The notes: generated by a model not told the origin, from the letters alone. DNA of 64,000 nt from an uncultured Bacilli bacterium (GCA_963931545.1 OZ007025.1:740312-804311); one strand, 5' to 3'; positions 26,712-36,784 are shown, counted from the first letter of the stretch. Program-made: numbers and translations.

Positions 26712-28463
26712 ATGATTAATATATTAAAAAAGTGTAAATTACAAATCTTAAAATACACAAACAAATTATATCTTGAATGTTCTAAAATTTATAATAAACT
26801 TAAAAAAAGCAGATTTATAAATATTTATACAATTTCTATAGTTTTATTTTCATTATTTATGTTTTATCCATTTATACATTATTATATTTATGGTGATGAC
26901 ACCGCATTTCATTATTCGAACGCACTAATTCGTGGCTCTGATTTATCTTATGTTTTTTCAAAAATATTACCTAATGTAGCAAATAATTTAGGATATGCAA
27001 TAGGAATATTTTATCCAATTTTACCTCATGCAGTAGGTGGATTAATTTTAAATATAATAAGTAACTTTGGTTTTGGACCATTTGCAGCGTTAAAATTAAT
27101 TAAATTAATTACAATTATGATATCCGGTATATTTATGTATTTATTAGCATGCAAACTTTTTAAAAATAAATTATATGCATGTTTAACTGCTATTATTTAT
27201 ATATCATCTAGCTATTTTTACGTAGATATGTATTCACGAGATGCATTAAACGAAAACTTTGTTTTCATCTTTATTCCACTAATTTTCCTTGGAATATATT
27301 ATTTATTTAATGAGAAAAATAAAGTTATGTTTTATCTATGCTTTGTTACAGGATATGTTGGAATGATGTATTCTCATCTTGTAATGTCTGTCTGGTTTAC
27401 TTTATTTTTCATTGTATTTTTACTGTTCTATTTTAAGAAAATTTTTCAAAGAGAAAATTTTATATGTTTATTAATTTCGGCCATACTTATTTTAGCTTTA
27501 ACATCACCATTTACCATTCCATTAGTTGAACATTTACTAAATGGTGGTTATGTAGTATTTGATACTATATATGGAACAAATTTAGAAACCTTATCATTGA
27601 AACAATTCTTTATAAAAACACCTATTATTACTGGTGGCAACAATGTACTTTTCGTTAATTTTCAACTAATTGTAATACTGTTATTTATTATTTCGCTAAA
27701 AAAAATGATAAAAAGCAATATTCCTAAAGAAAGAAAAATGTTTATTATTGGTTGTTTATGCTTTGGATTGTTGGGAATATTCTTTACTTGTTGTGATTTT
27801 ATTTGGAAATTCGTTCCATCTTTTTTAAGAAACATTCAACTGCCATGGCGAACTAGTTTATTTGCAACATTTGGAATTTGTATTTTTGCCGCAGAAGGAC
27901 TAGATTATTTCTTTTTAGTATTTAAAAAGAAATTCATTCCAATTGTATCAATAATATTTATAATGGTACTGGCTTTTGGTTTTTATTATAATTTAAAAGA
28001 TGCAAGACTATTTGAACATAAATCATTTAATATAACCAATGATGCAATGGGATGGAAAAAAGAATATTTACCATCCGAAACAAAAGAAAATTTGGAATAC
28101 TTTGAAAAAAGAGATTTTAATGAAATTATTATTACAAAAGGTAATGGTAAAGTAGACATAATAGATAACAAAATACCATACTTAAGTTTTGAAGTATTTG
28201 ATATAGATAAAAGTATAATACTAGAATTACCTAGACTTTATTATCTTGGTTATAATATAACAGATGAGCATGGGAACATAATTGATTATTATAAGAATAA
28301 AAATGGTTTTATTGCAATCAATGTAACAAAAGAGGGAAAATATTATGTTAATTATACAGGAACACCAGGCTACAAATTATCAGTAATAATTGCTTCATTT
28401 ACACTATTTATAAGTATAATTATTTTATTTGTATATTTATACAAAAAGAAAAAGAATAATTAA
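26712..28463 (+). CDS. Polytopic GT-C-like membrane protein, paralog A
   Basis: 583 aa. Loop motif YGDDTAFH follows TM1. About 12 TM helices plus a C-terminal soluble domain and a TM anchor. Strongly similar along its full length to the gene at 31466-33175. Confidence 0.5.
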   Translation: MINILKKCKLQILKYTNKLYLECSKIYNKLKKSRFINIYTISIVLFSLFMFYPFIHYYIYGDDTAFHYSNALIRGSDLSYVFSKILPNVANNLGYAIGIFYPILPHAVGGLILNIISNFGFGPFAALKLIKLITIMISGIFMYLLACKLFKNKLYACLTAIIYISSSYFYVDMYSRDALNENFVFIFIPLIFLGIYYLFNEKNKVMFYLCFVTGYVGMMYSHLVMSVWFTLFFIVFLLFYFKKIFQRENFICLLISAILILALTSPFTIPLVEHLLNGGYVVFDTIYGTNLETLSLKQFFIKTPIITGGNNVLFVNFQLIVILLFIISLKKMIKSNIPKERKMFIIGCLCFGLLGIFFTCCDFIWKFVPSFLRNIQLPWRTSLFATFGICIFAAEGLDYFFLVFKKKFIPIVSIIFIMVLAFGFYYNLKDARLFEHKSFNITNDAMGWKKEYLPSETKENLEYFEKRDFNEIIITKGNGKVDIIDNKIPYLSFEVFDIDKSIILELPRLYYLGYNITDEHGNIIDYYKNKNGFIAINVTKEGKYYVNYTGTPGYKLSVIIASFTLFISIIILFVYLYKKKKNN

Positions 28464-28498
28464 AAAGTAAGTACATTTTAATAAAGTACTTACTTTTT
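28462..28498. terminator. Bidirectional terminator between convergent genes
   Basis: 12-bp stem AAAAGTAAGTAC/GTACTTACTTTT flanked by A- and T-runs. Confidence 0.75.
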
Positions 28499-28526
28499 TT
28501 ACAAATTAAAGAGAATACACATCACT

Positions 28527-29519
28527 TTAATTTTCTGCTTCTTCTAACATGTTTGTAATAAATATTCCATAACCTTTATGTGGATTATCAATAACGACAT
28601 GGGTAACTGCACCTATAACATTGTCTCCTTGAATAATAGGGGAGCCACTCATTCCTTGAATAATTCCATTAGTTTTATTCAATAATTCTTTATCAATTAT
28701 TTCAAAAACGAAATTTTTATTTTTTTGTTTTTCAGAATTAATTTGAGTAATATTAATTTCATATTCTTTAACTTCTGTTCCATTTAAAACAGTTAATATT
28801 TTTGCATTACCTTTTTTAATTTCACTTGGCTCGGCAACATTATAAGTTTTACCACCACTAATTTCTGCAGTATATTCTCCAAAAATTCCTTGAGTAGTAT
28901 TTTCCTTTACTTCACCCGTTACGTCTTCTTTATTATATTTGGCTCTTTTTTCACCAGGTGATCCATCAGAACTTGGAACTACATCAGTTACTTCAGAAGA
29001 AAAGATCGTTCCATCTTTTATTTCAAATATTTTTCCAGTTGCCTGTTCTTGAATCTCATGTCCTAAAGCTCCAAAAATTTTAGTATTTGGATCTATAAAA
29101 GTTAATGTTCCAATACCTGTTACACTATCTTTTACATAAAGACCTGTTTTATATATATTGTTTTCATCTTTATATAAATTTAATGTAGTTTCTTTTTCTT
29201 TATTATTTCTTAAATAAGTTAAACTTATTTTTTCTTCTTTTACTTTATTTATTTCAGTTGCCATTTGTTCAATGTTAGAAATTTGATTACCATTAATTTT
29301 TTCGATAATGTCTCCTGTTTTCAAGCCAGCTTCTTTAGCAGGAGATGTACCGTTTACTTCATATGTTCCAACAATTAAAACGCCTTTTGAATTTAATGAT
29401 ATACCAATATTTTGTCCACCTACAATAATTTTATCTGAATAAGCAAATACATTTATTGGTATAATAAAAAGGAATAGAAGAAGCAAGAAAATTGATTTTT
29501 TAAATTTTTTTAAAAGCAA
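28527..29519 (-). CDS. spoIVB: SpoIVB peptidase (S55) with PDZ domain
   Basis: 330 aa. PDZ motif GLKTGDIIEKING. S55 motifs GIGTLTFIDPNTKIFGALGHEI and GMSGSPI. Confidence 0.8.
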   Translation of the reverse strand: MLLKKFKKSIFLLLLFLFIIPINVFAYSDKIIVGGQNIGISLNSKGVLIVGTYEVNGTSPAKEAGLKTGDIIEKINGNQISNIEQMATEINKVKEEKISLTYLRNNKEKETTLNLYKDENNIYKTGLYVKDSVTGIGTLTFIDPNTKIFGALGHEIQEQATGKIFEIKDGTIFSSEVTDVVPSSDGSPGEKRAKYNKEDVTGEVKENTTQGIFGEYTAEISGGKTYNVAEPSEIKKGNAKILTVLNGTEVKEYEINITQINSEKQKNKNFVFEIIDKELLNKTNGIIQGMSGSPIIQGDNVIGAVTHVVIDNPHKGYGIFITNMLEEAEN

Positions 29520-29651
29520 ATAATCATCTCCTAATGAAAAAATCAGACTACATTATTATTATGGAAAATTTATTTAGAAATACAAGTAGTATTTTATGGC
29601 AACGTATTTTATTTATCTTAAAAATATGTTAATATAAGTATTGGTGATTTT

Positions 29652-30527
29652 ATGATATTAAAATTTTGTGATGACAATTTTTTATTTTATATCACCCACA
29701 CAAAATACTTTGATATTTTGTGCTATTTTGTTATATTTTTATTAATTGCTTTATTTATATTAGTACAAAAAAACGACTTTATCGAAAAAGTAAAAAAAAG
29801 CAAATTTAAAATGTTCTTTATTATTTTATTTTCTGGATTTTTTGTTGGATTTTTAATTTTTCTTTTTGCTTGGTTATTAAATAAAGACACATTTAATGGC
29901 TGTTCTACAAGATATTATCAAAATATTTATTTTAAAACAGAAAGCACAATAAATGAAACCGTAAATAACTTAAAAAATTCTAAAGTTATTATTGTTGGAG
30001 ATTCTCGCATGGAACGGATTGTTGATGATGAATCTATCAATATTCCATCAAATTTTACTTTTGTAGCTAAAAGTAGTATGAAAATTAATTGGTTTAAAAA
30101 TACTGCATTATCAAGAGTAAGGAAAATTTTAACAAACGATAAATACAAATATCATATAGTCATTAATATGGGAGTTAACGATTTAGATGAGGAACAATAT
30201 AATGGTGATGAAATAGCAAGTGAATATTTTGAGCTTTATAATAATTTAGCAAAAAAATATTCAACTTCAAAAATTTATATTCTGTCAGTTAATCCAATTA
30301 ATGAAGATATGATAAACGAGAGATGGCATAATGGAAGAACCACAAAAAAAGTAAAAGCATTTAATTCAACTATAAAAAAAGAATTAGATAATAGTGAATT
30401 AAACAACATATATTACTGTGATTCATATAACACTTTAGATTTTAAAACGGATGATGGACTACATTACACTAGAGATACAAATAGAGATATTATAAATTAC
30501 ATTGCAAATAAATGTGTAAAATTTTAA
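29652..30527 (+). CDS. Membrane-anchored SGNH/GDSL-like hydrolase
   Basis: 291 aa with two N-terminal TM helices. Block I is VIIVGDSRM and block V-like motif is DDGLHYT. Confidence 0.55.
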   Translation: MILKFCDDNFLFYITHTKYFDILCYFVIFLLIALFILVQKNDFIEKVKKSKFKMFFIILFSGFFVGFLIFLFAWLLNKDTFNGCSTRYYQNIYFKTESTINETVNNLKNSKVIIVGDSRMERIVDDESINIPSNFTFVAKSSMKINWFKNTALSRVRKILTNDKYKYHIVINMGVNDLDEEQYNGDEIASEYFELYNNLAKKYSTSKIYILSVNPINEDMINERWHNGRTTKKVKAFNSTIKKELDNSELNNIYYCDSYNTLDFKTDDGLHYTRDTNRDIINYIANKCVKF

Positions 30528-30560
30528 AGCGTCTACTTAAACTATAAGTAAACGCTTTTT
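30527..30560. terminator. Hairpin terminator shared by convergent genes
   Basis: Stem AAAGCGT..TACTTA / TAAGTA..ACGCTTT followed by T5. Confidence 0.6.
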
Positions 30561-30648
30561 ATACATAAACAAATAAACCTGCTATAAAGAATGCAATTAT
30601 ACCGATAAGCATAATCCATACAGCAATTTTTTGAACTTTAGGATTCAC
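30559..30648 (-). CDS. Unannotated 29-aa hydrophobic peptide (single TM)
   Basis: GAGGTGA RBS lies 5 nt upstream of a GTG start. Product is VNPKVQKIAVWIMLIGIIAFFIAGLFVYV. Below the ORF-track length cutoff. Confidence 0.4.
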   Translation of the reverse strand: MNPKVQKIAVWIMLIGIIAFFIAGLFVYV

Positions 30649-30692
30649 GATTATCACCTCTTAATAATTATATAATATTTTTTCTTTTTTTG

Positions 30693-30721
30693 GAATATTT
30701 TTTAATCAAAAGAGTATAATT
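30693..30721 (+). promoter_or_regulatory. Sigma-E-like sporulation promoter upstream of spoIIM
   Basis: GAATATT, 14-nt spacer, GTATAATT. Compared with the remembered B. subtilis sigma-E consensus (ZHATAXX-14-CATACAHT) this is 7/7 and 6/8. Confidence 0.3.
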
Positions 30722-30736
30722 TGATGAGGGATAAAT

Positions 30737-31366
30737 ATGAAAAAATATATGGACAAGTTAAAAAGTAATATTCGCATTAACAAAAATTTATTTGTATTTT
30801 TAGTGGTAATTATTGCTGTTGGAATTGCGGCTGGAAGCGTATTTGTAACTGTTTTAAATAATGAAGATAAAGTAATGGTTAGTGACTATTTAAATAACTT
30901 TCTAAATAATTTAAACAGTAATAATTTAAATTATAGTGGAACTTTAGTTAATACTTTAATCTTTACTTTGGGTGGAGCATTCCTAATTTGGTTACTTGGA
31001 ATATCAGTGATAGGTTTTATATTAATATTATTATTTTTATTTATAAAGGCTTTTGCTTTAGGATTTTCTATAGGAAGTATAATCATTAATTTTAATTTTA
31101 AAGGTATTTTAATTGCACTCGCATACATTGTACCTCATCACATAATTAATATGATGATTTTTCTTTTAATTTCTTCATATGCATTAATTTTATCATATAG
31201 ATTAATAAATAGTTTTACTAAAAAGAAAAGTTTTGAGTTTAAAGGAATTTTTAATAAATATTTATTTGTTTTAGGTTTTTCATTAATAATATTATTAATA
31301 AGTGTTTTATATGAGGTGTATGGAGTACCTAAATTAATTAACCTTATTGTGTCACTTTTAAATTAG
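30737..31366 (+). CDS. spoIIM: Stage II sporulation protein M
   Basis: 209 aa with 5 TM helices. Collinear with B. subtilis SpoIIM (LGISVIG, FIKAFALGFSIG). Confidence 0.75.
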   Translation: MKKYMDKLKSNIRINKNLFVFLVVIIAVGIAAGSVFVTVLNNEDKVMVSDYLNNFLNNLNSNNLNYSGTLVNTLIFTLGGAFLIWLLGISVIGFILILLFLFIKAFALGFSIGSIIINFNFKGILIALAYIVPHHIINMMIFLLISSYALILSYRLINSFTKKKSFEFKGIFNKYLFVLGFSLIILLISVLYEVYGVPKLINLIVSLLN

Positions 31367-31465
31367 ATATAGCTTTTATGCTATATTTAATTTTAAATAA
31401 TAGACTTTACTTCAGCTATTTGATAGAATAATAATGTAATTATGTGGGAAGTGTAAGGTGGTAAA

Positions 31466-33175
31466 ATGATTTTAAAACATAAAATTATTAATTTAAAAAG
31501 TAAAATATTAAAAAAACTAGACAACAGCAAATATTTAAACAAATACATTATTATAATTTTAATATTTTCATTATTTTTATTTTCACCACTTTTATTTAAT
31601 TATATATACGGTGATGATTCAACATTCCATGCAGCAAATATATTAATTAGAGGATCAAGTATTTTTAGTATATTTTCTAAAATTGTCCCTGAAATCGGAA
31701 ATAATTTAGGATATGGTATAGGAATATTTTATCCAGTATTACCACATGCTTTAGGAGGCTTAATATTAAATATTATTAGTATTTTTGGCTTAGGTGAATA
31801 TGCTGCTTTAAAAATAGTAAAGTTTTTAGTTATTTTTCTTTCAGGTATAACTATGTACTTATTAGCATCTAAATTATTTAAAAACAAAAATTATGGCTTA
31901 ATGTCTTCAATATTTTATATTTCTTCAAGTTATTTCTTTGTTGATATGTATTCGAGAGATGCACTAAATGAAAGTTTCGTTTTCATATTTATGCCACTTA
32001 TTTTTTTAGGAATATACTATTTATTTAATGAACACGATAAAACAAAATTTTACTTATCTTTTGTAGGAGGTTATATTGGGATGATGTATTCCCATTTGGT
32101 TTTATCGGTATGGTTTACTATATTTTTTATAATATTTTTACTATTATTTATTAAAGATATTTTAAAAAAAGATAATTTTGTTTCTTTAATTATAGCCGCT
32201 TTACTTATTCTAATTTTTACATCACCATTCACAGTTCTGATGATTGAACATATGCTTAATGGTGAATATATAGTTTTTACTAGAGAATTTGACATATTGA
32301 CATGGACACTACAATTAAAACATTTCTTTGTACAAATATTTGATGTAACAGGAAAAAACAACCTATTATATACAAGTTTTAACATAGTTCTTATTATCTT
32401 ATCATTTATGACATTATTCAAATTATTTAGTAAGAAAACACCTTCATATAGAAAAAAATATATCATGGGATTTTTATTAATTATTATAATGAGTATTTTC
32501 TTTGTTTGTAACAATACAATATGGCACTTTACTCCAAATTTTTTAAATAATATTCAATTTCCATGGCGTATCTGCACTTTTGCCATGTTAGGAATATCTT
32601 TATTTGCGGCTGAAGGTTTAGATATTTTTTATAATTTATTTAAAAAGAAATTTATTCCTATCGCAAGTTTCTTAATAATCGTTATTATTGCATCAAACAC
32701 ATACTACAATATACAAAACATTCAATTAGTTAAATCACTTCCATATAACATTGTTGATGGAATGGGGTGGGGAAAAGAATATTTACCAATAGAGACAGGG
32801 AGTAATCTCAATTATTTTAATGAACGAAAATCAAACGAAATAATCACTAATCAAAAGGAAGTCACAGCTAAAATAATTAAAAATGAAGTGCCTAATATGG
32901 AATTTAAAGTTAGTAATATAAAAGAGAAAACAACTTTAGAATTGCCTAGACTTTACTATTTGGGTTATAAAATTGAAGATGAAGGTGGGCATGAAATTAA
33001 ATATTCAAAAAATAAAAATGGTTTTATTTCCATAGTTATTAACAAAAAAGGATCATATTATGTTACATATCCTGGAACTTTAGGATATCAAATAAGCAAA
33101 ACAATAGTTATTATAACATCAATAGTATGTATAACTATAATTGTTCTAAAAAAGAGAAAACAAAATAATAATTAA
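31466..33175 (+). CDS. Polytopic GT-C-like membrane protein, paralog B
   Basis: 569 aa. Motifs YGDDSTFH, YFFVDMYSRDALNESFVFIFMPLIFLGIYYLFNE and ELPRLYYLGY are all shared with the gene at 26712-28463. Confidence 0.5.
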   Translation: MILKHKIINLKSKILKKLDNSKYLNKYIIIILIFSLFLFSPLLFNYIYGDDSTFHAANILIRGSSIFSIFSKIVPEIGNNLGYGIGIFYPVLPHALGGLILNIISIFGLGEYAALKIVKFLVIFLSGITMYLLASKLFKNKNYGLMSSIFYISSSYFFVDMYSRDALNESFVFIFMPLIFLGIYYLFNEHDKTKFYLSFVGGYIGMMYSHLVLSVWFTIFFIIFLLLFIKDILKKDNFVSLIIAALLILIFTSPFTVLMIEHMLNGEYIVFTREFDILTWTLQLKHFFVQIFDVTGKNNLLYTSFNIVLIILSFMTLFKLFSKKTPSYRKKYIMGFLLIIIMSIFFVCNNTIWHFTPNFLNNIQFPWRICTFAMLGISLFAAEGLDIFYNLFKKKFIPIASFLIIVIIASNTYYNIQNIQLVKSLPYNIVDGMGWGKEYLPIETGSNLNYFNERKSNEIITNQKEVTAKIIKNEVPNMEFKVSNIKEKTTLELPRLYYLGYKIEDEGGHEIKYSKNKNGFISIVINKKGSYYVTYPGTLGYQISKTIVIITSIVCITIIVLKKRKQNNN

Positions 33176-33245
33176 ATAAATAGTAAATATAAAAGCGATA
33201 GATTTTCTATTGTTTTTTTGATAAAATATGTGTAGGTGATTTAAT

Positions 33246-34334
33246 ATGCCAAAAGTTGTAGTTGGAATGAGTGGGGGAGTAGATAGTAGTGTAGCGGCTA
33301 TTTTACTTCAAAAGCAAGGATATGAAGTTATAGGACTTTTTATGCGTAACTGGGATAGTACAATTAATAATGATTTTTTAGGTAATCCAAATGATTTAAA
33401 TGATATATGTCCGCAAGAAAAAGATTATAATGATGCTTTAAAAGTATGTAATAAATTAGGTATTCCTTTAAAAAGAGTAGATTTTGTAAAAGAATACTGG
33501 GATTATGTCTTTACTTATTTTTTAGATGAGCTAAAAAAAGGAAGAACACCTAATCCTGATGTTATGTGTAATAAATATATTAAGTTTGATATGTTTGCGA
33601 AAGAAGCTATTAAATTAGGTGCTGATTATATTGCCACAGGTCATTATGCAAGACTTATTGATGGAAAATTATATAAAGGTTTAGATAAAAATAAAGATCA
33701 AACATATTTTTTGTCACAAGTTTCTAAGAAACAGTTAGAAAATGTTTTATTTCCAGTAGGAGAGTTACAAAAAAGTGATGTTAGAAAAATAGCTCATGAA
33801 TATGATTTAATTACAGCTGATAAAAAAGATTCTACGGGCATTTGCTTTATTGGAGAAAGAAATTTTAAAAAGTTTTTAGAAAACTATTTACCAAATAATC
33901 CTGGAGATATTGTCAATATTGATACTGGTAAAGTGTTAGGTAAACATACTGGTTTAATGTATTATACAGTTGGTCAAAGAAGAGGTTTAAATATAGGTGG
34001 TACTAAAGATAGACTATTTGTTTGTAAAAAGGATTTAGATAAAAATATTTTATATGTAGCTATGGGCGATGAAAATAAATATTTAATGAGTTATGCATGT
34101 GAAATAGAAGATGTTAATTTATTAGATGAATTACCTCATAAATGCATGGCTAAGTTTAGATATAGACAAGAGGATAATGAAGTTTATACTGAAAAATTAG
34201 ATAATGGAAACATATTAGTTAAATATTCTGAAGGTGTTAAAGCGGTTACTGAAGGGCAAGCTTGTGTATTTTATGATGGTGATGAATGCTTAGGTGGAGG
34301 AATAATTAAGACAGTATACAAGGAGTTTAAATAA
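33246..34334 (+). CDS. mnmA: tRNA 2-thiouridine(34) synthase
   Basis: 362 aa. PP-loop motif [14 protein letters not shown], full-length MnmA-like. Confidence 0.9.
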   Translation: MPKVVVGMSGGVDSSVAAILLQKQGYEVIGLFMRNWDSTINNDFLGNPNDLNDICPQEKDYNDALKVCNKLGIPLKRVDFVKEYWDYVFTYFLDELKKGRTPNPDVMCNKYIKFDMFAKEAIKLGADYIATGHYARLIDGKLYKGLDKNKDQTYFLSQVSKKQLENVLFPVGELQKSDVRKIAHEYDLITADKKDSTGICFIGERNFKKFLENYLPNNPGDIVNIDTGKVLGKHTGLMYYTVGQRRGLNIGGTKDRLFVCKKDLDKNILYVAMGDENKYLMSYACEIEDVNLLDELPHKCMAKFRYRQEDNEVYTEKLDNGNILVKYSEGVKAVTEGQACVFYDGDECLGGGIIKTVYKEFK

Positions 34335-34745
34335 ATGGAAAAAATAAAAGAATTATTAAAAAAATATAAATTTATTATTTTATATGGTATATTTGGTGTT
34401 TTAACAACAGTTATTAATATTGCTGTTTATGGAATATTTTATAGTGTTTTAGATGTATCAAATGTTATTAGTAATATTATAGCTTGGGTATTTTCTGTTT
34501 TATTTGCTTTTATTACAAATAAATTATGGGTGTTTGAAAGTAAAAGTTTTGATTTTAAGATATTTATGAAAGAATTAGGCAGTTTTACAGTATGTAGATT
34601 AGCTACTGGAGCTTTAGATTTAGGAATTATGTTTGTGGGTGTTGATTTATTAAAAGGCCCAGCCATGATTTTAAAAGTTGCATCTAATATTATAGTTATA
34701 ATTTTAAACTATGTTATGAGTAAATTATTTGTTTTCAAGAAATGA
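34335..34745 (+). CDS. GtrA-family membrane protein (candidate lipid-linked sugar translocation factor)
   Basis: 136 aa with 4 TM helices. Motif AFITNKLWVFESK. Confidence 0.75.
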   Translation: MEKIKELLKKYKFIILYGIFGVLTTVINIAVYGIFYSVLDVSNVISNIIAWVFSVLFAFITNKLWVFESKSFDFKIFMKELGSFTVCRLATGALDLGIMFVGVDLLKGPAMILKVASNIIVIILNYVMSKLFVFKK

Positions 34746-34830
34746 GTTCATTTTAGAACTTTTTTTCTATAATAATTGAAATCATTTAAAAAATAGTATA
34801 AAATAGATAATTATTAGGAGGTAGGATTTT

Positions 34831-35259
34831 ATGTTTGCTTTTTTAGTGTTTTTTATTCCAAGTATAATTGGAATTAGAATTATTAATTATTTTAATAAAG
34901 ATTTAAAGATTAAAGATATTATATACGATTATATTACTTTATTTTTCTTTTCTTTAATAATCAATATAATTATTATGTATAACTTTTTTGGGGTTAAAGA
35001 AGATATATTTAAGGCTTTAAATACTGATATTATGTTATTTGTTTGGATTAGTTTAATTTCTATCATTATAAATGTCATTTTATGCTTAATTGGGCTTGCT
35101 GTTCAAAGAAATATAAAATTTAATATAGAGGTTAAGAATGAAACTAAAGCTAAAACAGTTTCTAATAGTGATAATAAAACTATTAAGATGGATAGTAAAG
35201 ATAATAAAAAAACTAGGAAAACTGTGTCTAAAACTGTTAAAAAAGATAAAAATAAGTAG
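34831..35259 (+). CDS. Small 3-TM membrane protein with a Lys-rich tail. Possibly the detached N-terminus of the downstream LtaS-family gene.
   Basis: 142 aa. GGAGG RBS. The 3' 122 nt overlap the next ORF in another frame. Confidence 0.4.
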   Translation: MFAFLVFFIPSIIGIRIINYFNKDLKIKDIIYDYITLFFFSLIINIIIMYNFFGVKEDIFKALNTDIMLFVWISLISIIINVILCLIGLAVQRNIKFNIEVKNETKAKTVSNSDNKTIKMDSKDNKKTRKTVSKTVKKDKNK

Positions 35260-36784
35260 TTTATTTACTTTTATTTTTTTAACCCTTGCTTTAATTATTT
35301 ATTATGTTAGTAAGTATATTAATGAAGCATTTTATAATATTACGGTAGACCAATTATTATATAGTTTAAAGACTGCTGAAGGAACTAGTCAAACAATATT
35401 TATTGATGGTGCGAAATACGTGTTAGAACGTGTGATTCCTATATATTTAATTATATTAATCATTATTATTTTTTTTAAATTATTAATTAAAAATAAAACA
35501 TATTTAGTGATTAATATTAAAAATAAAGATTTTAAATTTAGCATATATCCAATTTCTAGAATAATTAGAGTATTATTTACTTTTATACTTTTAATTTTAT
35601 CGGTTAATTATTTTTACGTAGAATTTAATTTAGAAAACTATTTAAATCCAAATAGAAAAACCCAATTCTTTGAGGTATATTATACTGACCCAAAAAACAT
35701 TAAATTAACTGCTCCTAAAGAAAAAAGAAATTTAATATATATATACGTTGAATCATTAGAGACTTCTTTATTTTCAAATAAAAGTGGTGGTAATTTTAAT
35801 GAATCAGTAATTCCTAATTTAGAAAAGCTTGCGAAAGATAATATTAATTTTAGTGGGAATAATAAATTAGGGGGAGCAAATGCTCTTTATGGCTCTACTT
35901 GGACAGTTGCAGCTATGGTATCTTCTAGTGCAGGTGTACCTTTAAAAGTGCCTATCGATGGCAATATGTATTCTGGTTATGGAGAGTTTTTACCTGGGGT
36001 ATATTCTTTGGGTGATACGTTAGAAGATAATGGTTATAAAAATTATTTAATGATAGGTTCAGATGCTAATTTTGGGGGCCGAAAGGATTACTTTACTTAT
36101 CATGGTAATTATGAGATAAAAGATTATAATTATGCGAAAGAAAAAGGATATATAAATGATAATTATTATGTTTGGTGGGGTTATGAAGATAGTAAGTTAT
36201 TTGAATTTGCTAAAGAGGAATTAATGGAAATTGCTAAAGAAGATGAGCCATTTAACTTTACTATGCTTACTACTGATACTCATTTTACTGATGGATATGT
36301 TGAAAATTTTTGCAAAACTCCTTATGATTATAAATATTTAAATGCTTATAATTGTTCAGATAGTATGATAGGGGAGTTTATAAAATGGATTCAAAAACAG
36401 GATTTTTATAAGGATACAGCTATTGTAATTACTGGGGACCATTTATCTATGCAAGCTAATATATCAAGTATGTTTGATAGTAATGATTATGATAGAAGTG
36501 TATATAATGTTTATATTAATTCAGCTTGCGAATCAAAAAATACAAATAATAGAAAGTTTACGACTTTTGATTATTATCCTACCACATTAGCTGCACTTGG
36601 CTTTGATATAGATGGTAATAGATTAGGCTTAGGGACAAATTTATTTTCTAAAAGACAAACTTTAGCTGAAGAAATTGGAATAGATAAATTAGATGATGAA
36701 CTTTCAAAAAACTCAAAATATTATAATAATAGATTACTTGGAGATAGTTATAAAGAATTAAAGAAGGCTGTTTCATCAGAATAA
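35138..36784 (+). CDS. LTA-synthase/sulfatase-family phosphoglycerol (or similar) transferase
   Basis: 548 aa. N-terminal TM helices followed by an extracellular alkaline-phosphatase-superfamily domain (YIYVESLETS, TTDTHF, ITGDH). Confidence 0.75.
   Translation: MKLKLKQFLIVIIKLLRWIVKIIKKLGKLCLKLLKKIKISSLFTFIFLTLALIIYYVSKYINEAFYNITVDQLLYSLKTAEGTSQTIFIDGAKYVLERVIPIYLIILIIIIFFKLLIKNKTYLVINIKNKDFKFSIYPISRIIRVLFTFILLILSVNYFYVEFNLENYLNPNRKTQFFEVYYTDPKNIKLTAPKEKRNLIYIYVESLETSLFSNKSGGNFNESVIPNLEKLAKDNINFSGNNKLGGANALYGSTWTVAAMVSSSAGVPLKVPIDGNMYSGYGEFLPGVYSLGDTLEDNGYKNYLMIGSDANFGGRKDYFTYHGNYEIKDYNYAKEKGYINDNYYVWWGYEDSKLFEFAKEELMEIAKEDEPFNFTMLTTDTHFTDGYVENFCKTPYDYKYLNAYNCSDSMIGEFIKWIQKQDFYKDTAIVITGDHLSMQANISSMFDSNDYDRSVYNVYINSACESKNTNNRKFTTFDYYPTTLAALGFDIDGNRLGLGTNLFSKRQTLAEEIGIDKLDDELSKNSKYYNNRLLGDSYKELKKAVSSE

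Noticed and set aside
29520-29651. Sigma-F/G-type promoter upstream of spoIVB
   Set aside because: A CATAATA -10-like element is present, but the -35 match and spacing were ambiguous by eye. That is not enough to report it as a feature.
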